Positions 55,966 through 64,000 of a DNA stretch of 64,000 bases are shown here, in pieces. Within the stretch, counting starts at the first letter, position 1. Each line of letters opens with the position of its first letter. A program made the translations under genes and the position numbers. Under the pieces are notes generated by a model. The model was not told where the DNA came from and ran no database searches. It saw only the letters and a program-made list of their open reading frames with translations. The DNA is taken from NCBI GenBank assembly GCA_963662275.1, contig OY759316.1, positions 960,001-1,024,000 of the forward strand, read 5' to 3'. This DNA comes from Candidatus Cloacimonadales bacterium. Lineage in GTDB: Bacteria > Cloacimonadota > Cloacimonadia > Cloacimonadales > DAONDQ01.

Positions 55966-57594
55966 TTAGAACAAATACTCCTCTTCTTCTTCTTTTGCCT
56001 TTAATGAAGGTTTCTTATATGGCTCTAAGACATTTGGAGGTAATATGACGTGGATCGGATCTGCAAACAAATCTTCAACAGTTAGCAGTTGGATGATAGG
56101 AATCTTTGTTTGGGTAACACCTTCCATATATCGGTAATCAAAAGTACCTTCTTTCACAGCTTCCTCGATCATACCTTTTGTGGGCTTTTCCAATGTGATG
56201 AGAATACCGAATTCAGCATGTTGACTTTGCATCGTTCCCTTTAATTCTCGCACCATGCTTGGATTGATGCTGTGACCTCCTTTCACTGAAATGATACCTT
56301 TACCAACTTTATCCTTTCTTGTATTATCGACATAATTAATTACTCCATCAACACCTTTATCACCGGATTTAACTGTAGGAGTAGCATTCAATTGGCTTAC
56401 AGCCCATACTTCAAATTGGAATGGAGCTTGTTCTGCAAGCTTGGTAGCAGAAAGAACATCATTTGGTACGCCATTTACTTTGAAATCTACTTTTTCAACC
56501 AGTTCATTCTTCTCCAAACGTTTCTTTATAACATCGATAGAAAGATAGGTAATATCAATTCCTATCCATTTTCTCTTCTGCTTTTCTGCTGCTGCTATAG
56601 TAGTTCCGCACCCACAGAAAGGATCTAAAACAATATCCCCTTCATTGCTGCTTGCCTTGATAATTCTTTCCAATAACGCTTCGGGCTTTTGAGTTGGATA
56701 ACCCATTCTTTCTCTAGCTTGAGAATTAATTGGAGGAATATCATCCCAAAGACATTGTAGCGGAGTACCTTTATTTTCATCTAGATAACGCTTCATGCGT
56801 ATTCCACCTTTGTTCGTGAAATGCAATTTGTTAGCAGTATCTAATCGTTGCATGGTTTCGAGCGGAACACGCCATAATGAAGTCGTTCCTTTATACTCGT
56901 AGGTATAACCACCACCGGATAAACCTTTAGCAGAAAGACTATCATCCGTCCAAAGTCTTCCATCAATATCAGTTTGTCTAAATCTTGCTATATATTCTGC
57001 ATTATGCAGCGTGTAAATTGGATTCCAAGTATAGGATAAGGTTTTCGTATAAAAGAGAATAATATCCACATTGGCACCGTAACGTTTGGAATCGTTATGA
57101 GCAAACGATCTTTTCCAAGTAATTTCGTTTCGATAACTCCCTGTTCCAAAAACACCATCCATGAGCAATTTCAGGTAATGGCTTGCCGTAGGGTCACAAT
57201 GCAGATAGATACTACCAGTGGGTTTTAGGACTCTTTTCATTTCTAACAGCCTGGGTGCCATCATACATAAGTATGCCATCAATGGACATTCTGCAAGATA
57301 GTTGCGCATTGCTTTCATAAAGTCTATCAGCTTTTGACTTGGTGGATCAGTAGTAAGAGTGCCCATAAGTAATTCAATATATTCTCTTTCAGCCTCTGCT
57401 CCCCAATTCCATGTATCCTCAAAAGTCTTGATTTGGGAGGTAGCTCCCTTTAAGCCATTTGATTCAGGTTTGAAAATGATATTGTAATCACGTCCGCTTT
57501 GAAAAGGAGGATCTAGGTATATCAGATCAATACTGGAATCTTTGATGCTTTTCTTTAGAATGTCGAGATTATCCCCATAAAACAGATTATTCAT
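55966..57594 (-). CDS. N6/N4 DNA methyltransferase (beta class) with C-terminal Mrr-like domain
   Basis: LIYLDPPF precedes YPTQKP..VLDPFCGCGTT; C-terminal FQFEVWA..GDKGVDG..ISVKGG. Confidence 0.9.
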   Translation of the reverse strand: MNNLFYGDNLDILKKSIKDSSIDLIYLDPPFQSGRDYNIIFKPESNGLKGATSQIKTFEDTWNWGAEAEREYIELLMGTLTTDPPSQKLIDFMKAMRNYLAECPLMAYLCMMAPRLLEMKRVLKPTGSIYLHCDPTASHYLKLLMDGVFGTGSYRNEITWKRSFAHNDSKRYGANVDIILFYTKTLSYTWNPIYTLHNAEYIARFRQTDIDGRLWTDDSLSAKGLSGGGYTYEYKGTTSLWRVPLETMQRLDTANKLHFTNKGGIRMKRYLDENKGTPLQCLWDDIPPINSQARERMGYPTQKPEALLERIIKASSNEGDIVLDPFCGCGTTIAAAEKQKRKWIGIDITYLSIDVIKKRLEKNELVEKVDFKVNGVPNDVLSATKLAEQAPFQFEVWAVSQLNATPTVKSGDKGVDGVINYVDNTRKDKVGKGIISVKGGHSINPSMVRELKGTMQSQHAEFGILITLEKPTKGMIEEAVKEGTFDYRYMEGVTQTKIPIIQLLTVEDLFADPIHVILPPNVLEPYKKPSLKAKEEEEEYLF

Positions 57595-57837
57595 GTGCCC
57601 CTTCCTTATAAATCATTAACTACTAGATTAGAGATTTAAATGCAATATGGATGTCAAGATTATTTGAACTTCTTACACTTTTTTCGATTAATTTCAAAAT
57701 TCATTCATTCCTTACTATCGCATTCAGAGGATAGATATTGATTATGATATTCAAATACAAATATCTGGACTTGATTTTGCTATTTCTCTTAATATGTAAT
57801 GATTCGCTATTATCTATAGTTTGAACTGGAGGTAGAA

Positions 57838-58506
57838 ATGCAACAAGTATATTTCAAGGCAGGAATGAAATTGCCCAACATCGATCAAGTGATAGAGCAA
57901 TTTAAGCTGCAAGAGCCTGGATTCATCGATTTTGAGCATTCTCAGTCAGATCAGATCATTTGGATAAGAGATATTCATACAAAAGGCTTAGTTAAGGCGA
58001 AACAAATCCTGGATGAACTGAAGGAGAACGGGTTAGAGAAGGATGAATTTATATCACTTCTAGGTAAGTTCCTGAATAGCGTGACCTACTACTTTGATTG
58101 GAGAGAAGTGATGCGTTGGCGTGATATATCTGGCAATGAAGGATTCCAGGAGGAATGTACAGATTTCTTAAGAGCTTTACCTATTCAAGATAATGAAACA
58201 TTCGAACACTATAGCTCATACTTCTCAGATCAATTAGCAGGTGGTTTTGCTGCTGTGAATTACTTTATTCTCTTCTGTCATTTTATTTATGATCCCAAAG
58301 CCTATTCTGTCATGAAGATTACCAGGATGGGAAAAGCTTTCAAGCTCCTGGGCATTGAAAGGAAGCTATCTGGTCACTTGATCGGATTTGACCAATTTAC
58401 AGAAATCAATTCGATCTGCAGGCAGCTTTTTTATGATCTGAAAGCCTTATATCCTAAAGACATGAGTGATGTGCAGATATTCATGCATTTTGTTGCTGAA
58501 TATTAA
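57838..58506 (+). CDS. Hypothetical protein
   Basis: GGAGG RBS; 222 aa; C-terminal PKDMSDVQIF motif. Confidence 0.75.
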   Translation: MQQVYFKAGMKLPNIDQVIEQFKLQEPGFIDFEHSQSDQIIWIRDIHTKGLVKAKQILDELKENGLEKDEFISLLGKFLNSVTYYFDWREVMRWRDISGNEGFQEECTDFLRALPIQDNETFEHYSSYFSDQLAGGFAAVNYFILFCHFIYDPKAYSVMKITRMGKAFKLLGIERKLSGHLIGFDQFTEINSICRQLFYDLKALYPKDMSDVQIFMHFVAEY

Positions 58507-58632
58507 ACGAGATGGATTTCAATGTATGTCTTTGGAAAGTGAGTAGAGAATTCATAAAGTTGACTATAATCACAAGCATTTTAATATTGACAATAAATTT
58601 GGAAAATATATAATATAAATAAGGAGGTAACA

Positions 58633-58962
58633 ATGAGAAAGAAAAGAATTCAAGTCAAGAGTAGTATTTTATTAGCAAATCACAAAATCAGAACGACCAA
58701 ATTAATACATGATACAGTAGATATAATTTGCGGTCCAGAGAAAAATTACATTGTTGTATTTGAAAACCAATATTTAGTTGCTAATAGACAAAAAGCTTTG
58801 AATGTTGCGATGGAAATAGCAGAAAAGAATAAAATTTCGTTAAATATATATAAAGAAGATTTTACATTACAATCTTCTCAGACCTATCCAGAATTAGTTA
58901 ATTTGAATCAAGACAAGTCAAAAATCAGTGAGTTACTGCCAACCTACAGAAAAGAGCATTAA
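58633..58962 (+). CDS. Small protein, DUF2188-like
   Basis: AAGGAGG RBS; NRQKALNVAMEIAEKNKISLNIYKEDFTLQSSQTY resembles the DUF2188 pattern. Confidence 0.55.
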   Translation: MRKKRIQVKSSILLANHKIRTTKLIHDTVDIICGPEKNYIVVFENQYLVANRQKALNVAMEIAEKNKISLNIYKEDFTLQSSQTYPELVNLNQDKSKISELLPTYRKEH

Positions 58963-58998
58963 TAAGATTACTCTATAGTTAAATAGGGAGAAAGTTCT

Positions 58999-59721
58999 AT
59001 GTCTGATTGGAATCATAATGTGTTCATTAATTGTCCTTTTCAAGACAAGTATGCCAATATGTTAAAGTTTATCATGTTTGCCTTAATATATTGTGGATTT
59101 GAACCTAAGTTGGCATCGGTCGGAAATAGTAGCAAAGCTCGAATGCATAGAATTAAAAATTGTATAATCGAATCAAGATATAGTATTCACGAAATGACCA
59201 ATCTGAAACCATTTAGCAATCGCGAATTGATGGAAAAAAGAATACGGGATTGTTTTCAAGATATCGAAAAATGTCATCCTAATCTTATAGAAAGTTTGGA
59301 TGAAAAGCAATGGGTGCATTATGTAAGTGGAAATATGCCATTTGAGTTAGGATATTCTCAGGGATTTCAAGAATCCAACCCTGAGAAGTCTAATCTGATG
59401 GAAAATATCATACTTGTTGATGAAAGAGATAATTGCGAGAAAGCACTATCTGATATACTTGGGAACCATGATAGTATTATGGAACATCATGATGAATTCA
59501 ATATTAGCTTTTGTAAAAAATTGTATATTAAGTTAGCAACTTGGGAAGATAATCCCAATCAAATAACCAAAAATGCTTCAAATCTGTTTGCTGCTTATCA
59601 CATCTTCACTAAAGAAGCAAAAGAGGATTTTACCTCTGATTTCGATTCTCTTCATAAGCTCTATATTACAAAGGTCAAACAGTACTTAGAATCAAATCCC
59701 CCTGTACCTCTTCCAATTTAG
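58999..59721 (+). CDS. TIR / nucleoside-deoxyribosyltransferase-like protein
   Basis: NVFINCPF..Y..GFEP..RMHRIKNCIIESRYSIHE..NMPFELG. Confidence 0.6.
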   Translation: MSDWNHNVFINCPFQDKYANMLKFIMFALIYCGFEPKLASVGNSSKARMHRIKNCIIESRYSIHEMTNLKPFSNRELMEKRIRDCFQDIEKCHPNLIESLDEKQWVHYVSGNMPFELGYSQGFQESNPEKSNLMENIILVDERDNCEKALSDILGNHDSIMEHHDEFNISFCKKLYIKLATWEDNPNQITKNASNLFAAYHIFTKEAKEDFTSDFDSLHKLYITKVKQYLESNPPVPLPI

Positions 59722-59927
59722 TGTTATTGTTTACTGTATTCATGACATTATTCTGAATTACATTCATATCTATCTTAACGTAGAATACGATTAACATAGA
59801 ACATTAAGCTATTTCTCTGAAAACAATCCTTGACAGTAAAAAGTGATAAATGGGTATTTTGTATGCAAATCACAAATTCCAAATAAATTATAGATAAAAA
59901 ACCAAAATATAGATTATGGAGGCAAAA

Positions 59928-61658
59928 ATGGCAAGCAAGCCAAGTGCTGAGCTCGTAAAGAGCTTGAAGGAAATATCGCCGATCAGGGCGATGGTTGAAA
60001 CCTTGATGAACAACAGCAAAGTTCGCAAGATCAACATTGCTGAAGCTTATGAATTGGCAAAGAAGCAAACGAATGTATCGGATACTGATATGCCGATCTA
60101 TCCGGCTTTTGCTAAATTGCATGGTTTACCTGAAGGCGCAACAGTATTGAATGATTGCAACGGGAAGATCGTCGGTCGTACAGCTAAGGCACGTCGTTTC
60201 TACAATCGTTTGAATTCCTCTGATAAGACGAAGGTGGAAGGCGATCTGGCTGAAGCGATCTTCCAAATGCAGCAGTATCCTCTCATTAAGGCGGAAGCAG
60301 TATTGGGTCTAACCAACTATCTGATGTTGAAAGCCACTTTTGTGACTACAGAAACCGATGCAGTGAACGTCTTCAACTGGCTTTGTAATTTTGCGCCTAT
60401 GGAATCCATGGTGAAGGAGTATGCAGCCAGCAAGCAATTGCCCATCATGGATATTATTCTCCTGGGATTCAATGAATGGACATGTAACGATACGTTCTAT
60501 AACAATGTGGGACAGCCACAGCTTGCCCTGGTTGATGAAAAGCAGAATGTGATCATCAATCTGGGGATGCGTTATTTTGGAGAAAGAAAGAAGGGTACGC
60601 TTACACTCGGTTGGACTTCAGCTATGACGCTGGGTATGGCTGCCTGTCATGGTGGAATTAAGGAAATTGATTTTAGTAATTGTGAAGATAAGGAACTCCA
60701 ACCTCTTGGAAAGCGTTCCATCGTGTTTTACGGTCTTTCAGGAACAGGCAAGTCATCTCATACTAACAGTCCTGATAACGCTGGTACATTGCCCAAAGGC
60801 TTCACGAAAGTTGTTTTACATGATGATGCCTTCCAAATCGATATGGAAAAGAAGGTTTGCCGTGTTTGGGAACCTACTCTCTTCGATAAGACTGACAGCC
60901 GTGATCTGGATAATCCTGATTGGAAGTATGTGCTTTCTCTAATGAATCATTCTCAATTCCAAATCAATGGCAAGAATTGGCCTGTGGGATTAGATATCCG
61001 AAATTCCAACGGTCGTGCGCTTCTTGACCGTGACCTGCTTGGTAATTGGGTTAATGAATGCAGTTTTCCGAAAGCACTTGCCTGGCTGATGAAGGATACA
61101 GTACTTCCTCCCATCATCAAATTCAGTGATCCATACCTGGCGATTGCCATGGGGGCAGCTCTCATAACGATGAGAAATAAAGCAGAAAATGTGACTGAGG
61201 AAGAGTTGAAGAAGCTGGTATTTGAACCATTTGCCAATCCTTTCCGTGTTTATGAATTATATAAGGATGTTGAGTCCTTCCTGCATGTCGTTGAGTCAGG
61301 CGCCGATGTTTACAGCTTTAATTCGAAGGGATACTGGCGCAGTTCAGATACGGATTTGGAAGCCATCTCGCTGACAACATCACTGACATTACAGACAGGA
61401 ATCCTAACGGAAAAGATCAAGTGGGAACCGTGGAAAAATTTACCGGGAGCAATGATTCCGACGAAGGAGTCTATCAATGTTCTGATTCCGGGTTACTACG
61501 ATAAATATGATCCCAAGAAACGTCAGAATAAGGAAATTTACCTCGAATGGCTGAAGGATAGATTCAAGCAGCGTCGTGATTTCCTTCATTCTACTGATTT
61601 GAATACAAAACCGGAGTTATTGAAACACCTGGTGACTAAATTGGAAATCATTATTTAA
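59928..61658 (+). CDS. pckA: Phosphoenolpyruvate carboxykinase (ATP-type, divergent)
   Basis: YFGERKKG, ACHGG, FYGLSGTGKS, LHDD, FDKT, NGR; GGAGG before MASKP. Confidence 0.85.
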   Translation: MASKPSAELVKSLKEISPIRAMVETLMNNSKVRKINIAEAYELAKKQTNVSDTDMPIYPAFAKLHGLPEGATVLNDCNGKIVGRTAKARRFYNRLNSSDKTKVEGDLAEAIFQMQQYPLIKAEAVLGLTNYLMLKATFVTTETDAVNVFNWLCNFAPMESMVKEYAASKQLPIMDIILLGFNEWTCNDTFYNNVGQPQLALVDEKQNVIINLGMRYFGERKKGTLTLGWTSAMTLGMAACHGGIKEIDFSNCEDKELQPLGKRSIVFYGLSGTGKSSHTNSPDNAGTLPKGFTKVVLHDDAFQIDMEKKVCRVWEPTLFDKTDSRDLDNPDWKYVLSLMNHSQFQINGKNWPVGLDIRNSNGRALLDRDLLGNWVNECSFPKALAWLMKDTVLPPIIKFSDPYLAIAMGAALITMRNKAENVTEEELKKLVFEPFANPFRVYELYKDVESFLHVVESGADVYSFNSKGYWRSSDTDLEAISLTTSLTLQTGILTEKIKWEPWKNLPGAMIPTKESINVLIPGYYDKYDPKKRQNKEIYLEWLKDRFKQRRDFLHSTDLNTKPELLKHLVTKLEIII

Positions 61659-61659
61659 T

Positions 61660-61721
61660 AAATATCAAACTAAAAAAATAAGGGCAGTGAGAGCTGCCCT
61701 TATTTTTTTAGTTTGATATTT
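61660..61721. terminator. Bidirectional terminator, 28-bp perfect inverted repeat
   Basis: AAATATCAAACTAAAAAAATAAGGGCAG-TGAGAG-CTGCCCTTATTTTTTTAGTTTGATATTT between convergent genes. Confidence 0.9.
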
Positions 61722-61726
61722 ATAAT

Positions 61727-64000
61727 CTACGGTAGAGGCAATGTAGAACTGGGTTTGTTTTGTTCCTGTTGCGCTGCCTGTATATAAGGTTCAATCTTTG
61801 CAAGCAGTTCTTCACCACGTTTTCCTATAGAATATTGATTCATCGCCCTATATAAGAATACCCCTAAGTCAGTAAGCTGTTTGATTTTATTTTGTTCATC
61901 CGTGTCTTTTATTATGACGCTATAGGCTTGTTCTAAATAAGTCATAGCTGCATCTGCCTTTTCCATGTTGAGCATAATATAAGCAGCCTGCTGAAGCTTC
62001 TCGGGATCGTTTTGTGCGGAAGCCAAGCCAAGTTTTAACAGCGAATCTGTCTTTTCGACATCTTTCGATTCTGAATACATGGTAGCCATCGCCATATAGA
62101 AACGGGATTTGTCATCAACGTAACGAATCGCCCGTTCCATATATTTCTTCGCAACTTCCAGATTATTCATACTATGATAATACCGGGATAAACGCATGAA
62201 TGCAGCACCGTAATTATTAATCAGTCTTGTCATGTTATCATCTTTGAAGACATTGTTATCTTCAATGGATCGATAAGAGTAAACCTTCGTCGCATTCAGC
62301 TCTAGAACTGGTCCATCTATCATATCCTGTCCTGATTCAGTGACAACTCGATCAGCCATGCCAATATTTCTGAGGTGGCTATCAAAACCAGTCAATTCAG
62401 CACAAGTAACCGCAAAATAAATCGGTCGTTTACCATAGTTTTCTTTAATGATCTGAATGACTGCCAGGTCTTTCACATAAAGAACCTGTCCCTTTTTATA
62501 ATTAATAGAGAAGTTCATCTCAGGTCGAGGTCCTTTGATCTCAACACTCATATCCTGGGGAAGCTGGATGGGCTGAATGTTATCCATCTCATCAGATGCC
62601 ATATGGAAAAGCACACCTTCATGGTCTTCAAGCTGGTGCCAATACCAGGGTGTATTCAGAAGACTGAGATTGGCTATTGTCACATCTTTGCGAATACCTT
62701 TCAATTCGCTATTCTTAAAAACCATAGCTGTTTTGATTGCAGACCTAGCTTCCTGGTCAGGATAAGTATTTCTCTCGGGATGAATGTATTCCCTTGAATT
62801 GGGATCTTGGACTGCCTGATTATACCAAAGAGGGAAAGTATCATTATCACCATTTGTGAAAATAATGGCATTTTTCTCCAATGAATTCAGGAAATTCATT
62901 CCATAGTCAAGTGCCATGAATTCTTGGGAGCGATCATGAACCTTATATTGGGAAGCCATATTCACAACAGGTAAGGCAAATAACAGAATCGCTATAATAA
63001 CAGCTAGTATCTTTTTCTTTTCAACTAATTGTAATAAACCGATTGTACCGATTGCCATCCAAACTGCCCAGAGATTATATGCGAGATTGAAGAAATAATC
63101 GCGATCCCTAACTTCTGCATCTGATAAATTGATAATGAAAACCATAGCTATCGATGCCATGAAGAAGAAAGAGAAGAAATAGGCAAAGGCATGTCTGTTT
63201 TTATTGGCAATATGGTATATTCCAAAAAAACCTAACACTGTGACAAGCAAGTTTCCGATGAATTTGATCACATTTGCAGAAGAATGGAACCAACTGGCAA
63301 GGGTTGGACCGTCAAACCATTGCCATCCAAAATAGCGAAGAAAATGATAATCAAACTGATAACTCATCGTAGCACGTCTTTCCATAAAGGATGTCACACC
63401 ATATTGGCGACGCAGGATGTAATCCAGGAACATTGTTAAGTTACGTGGGTCGCCTTCATTGACAAAAGGTCTGAGTTGAGAACGAACGAGAAGATAAATA
63501 TGAGGTGATAATCCTACTAATACCATTAATATTCCCATCAGCCAAACACGATTCTCGATCTTTCCATGCAGATGATAATACATTAACCCGAGGACAATTG
63601 TCACAAATGCATATTTTCCAAGATCAGGGATTTGCATATTAACAGCAAAGCTCTTGAATATCACATAAGCCAGAAATACAAGTAAGAGATAAGCAACGGT
63701 ACGAATCCAGAAAGTACCATTCTTGATACTTTGAATCAGCATGGGATAAACGGCAACGAACAGGACTGCCGGTGCGATTTGCAAACAGGTTTGATGAATG
63801 CAGAAACCGAGAAAGAAGATATATACGATAAGTAGAAGAATGTTCTGCTTAGAGAAATCTTCTGATTTTTCCACCCAGAGCATAGTGAGATAAATCACTA
63901 AATTATCGATAAAAAGAATACCTACGTTCACTTCTGCTTCGATCGAGTTTGTCCAGAAGGTGAAAGAATATGCTGAAAGCAATGCTGCCATGATACCGGC
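61727..64000 (-). CDS. DUF2723 / TMEM260-like membrane glycosyltransferase with C-terminal TPR (5' truncated by window)
   Basis: FTFWTNSIEAEV, YILRRQYG, EVRDRDYFF, IIFTNGDNDTFPLWY, NLSLLNTPWY. Confidence 0.85.
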   Translation of the reverse strand, partial: AGIMAALLSAYSFTFWTNSIEAEVNVGILFIDNLVIYLTMLWVEKSEDFSKQNILLLIVYIFFLGFCIHQTCLQIAPAVLFVAVYPMLIQSIKNGTFWIRTVAYLLLVFLAYVIFKSFAVNMQIPDLGKYAFVTIVLGLMYYHLHGKIENRVWLMGILMVLVGLSPHIYLLVRSQLRPFVNEGDPRNLTMFLDYILRRQYGVTSFMERRATMSYQFDYHFLRYFGWQWFDGPTLASWFHSSANVIKFIGNLLVTVLGFFGIYHIANKNRHAFAYFFSFFFMASIAMVFIINLSDAEVRDRDYFFNLAYNLWAVWMAIGTIGLLQLVEKKKILAVIIAILLFALPVVNMASQYKVHDRSQEFMALDYGMNFLNSLEKNAIIFTNGDNDTFPLWYNQAVQDPNSREYIHPERNTYPDQEARSAIKTAMVFKNSELKGIRKDVTIANLSLLNTPWYWHQLEDHEGVLFHMASDEMDNIQPIQLPQDMSVEIKGPRPEMNFSINYKKGQVLYVKDLAVIQIIKENYGKRPIYFAVTCAELTGFDSHLRNIGMADRVVTESGQDMIDGPVLELNATKVYSYRSIEDNNVFKDDNMTRLINNYGAAFMRLSRYYHSMNNLEVAKKYMERAIRYVDDKSRFYMAMATMYSESKDVEKTDSLLKLGLASAQNDPEKLQQAAYIMLNMEKADAAMTYLEQAYSVIIKDTDEQNKIKQLTDLGVFLYRAMNQYSIGKRGEELLAKIEPYIQAAQQEQNKPSSTLPLP

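Overview
A 64-kb AT-rich bacterial chromosomal segment from a probable anaerobic diderm. The gene style (YPNP-type C-terminal cargo domains, DUF2723, PPDK/PEPCK) suggests the FCB group, possibly Cloacimonadota; this is inference only. Housekeeping genes: ppdK (partial), rho, U32 peptidase, mutS, a SurA/PpiD-like protein, folC, PEP carboxykinase and DUF2723 (partial). Accessory genes: secreted peptidases, a small polysaccharide cluster, and an HPAD/IAD-like glycyl radical enzyme with its activase. At tRNA-Gly(CCC) sits an integrase-less 1.7-kb abiEi/abiEii cassette stacked on an older abiEii remnant, next to an IS1182-family element. A kdpFABC operon appears sigma54-controlled, with a split KdpD whose N-terminal part is fused to a PTS-EIIA domain. 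A small defence-like island carries an MTase-Mrr fusion plus TIR/NDT-like and DUF2188-like genes. The non-coding DNA is unusually rich in repeats: a 22-unit, 1.25-kb tandem array of GTAG-type palindromic doublets (not CRISPR), several dispersed REP-like families, a hairpin family with co-varying arms, and 7-bp and 11-bp microsatellites. Three repeats sit in-frame inside protein genes. All product calls come from motif recognition by eye; no database searches were run.
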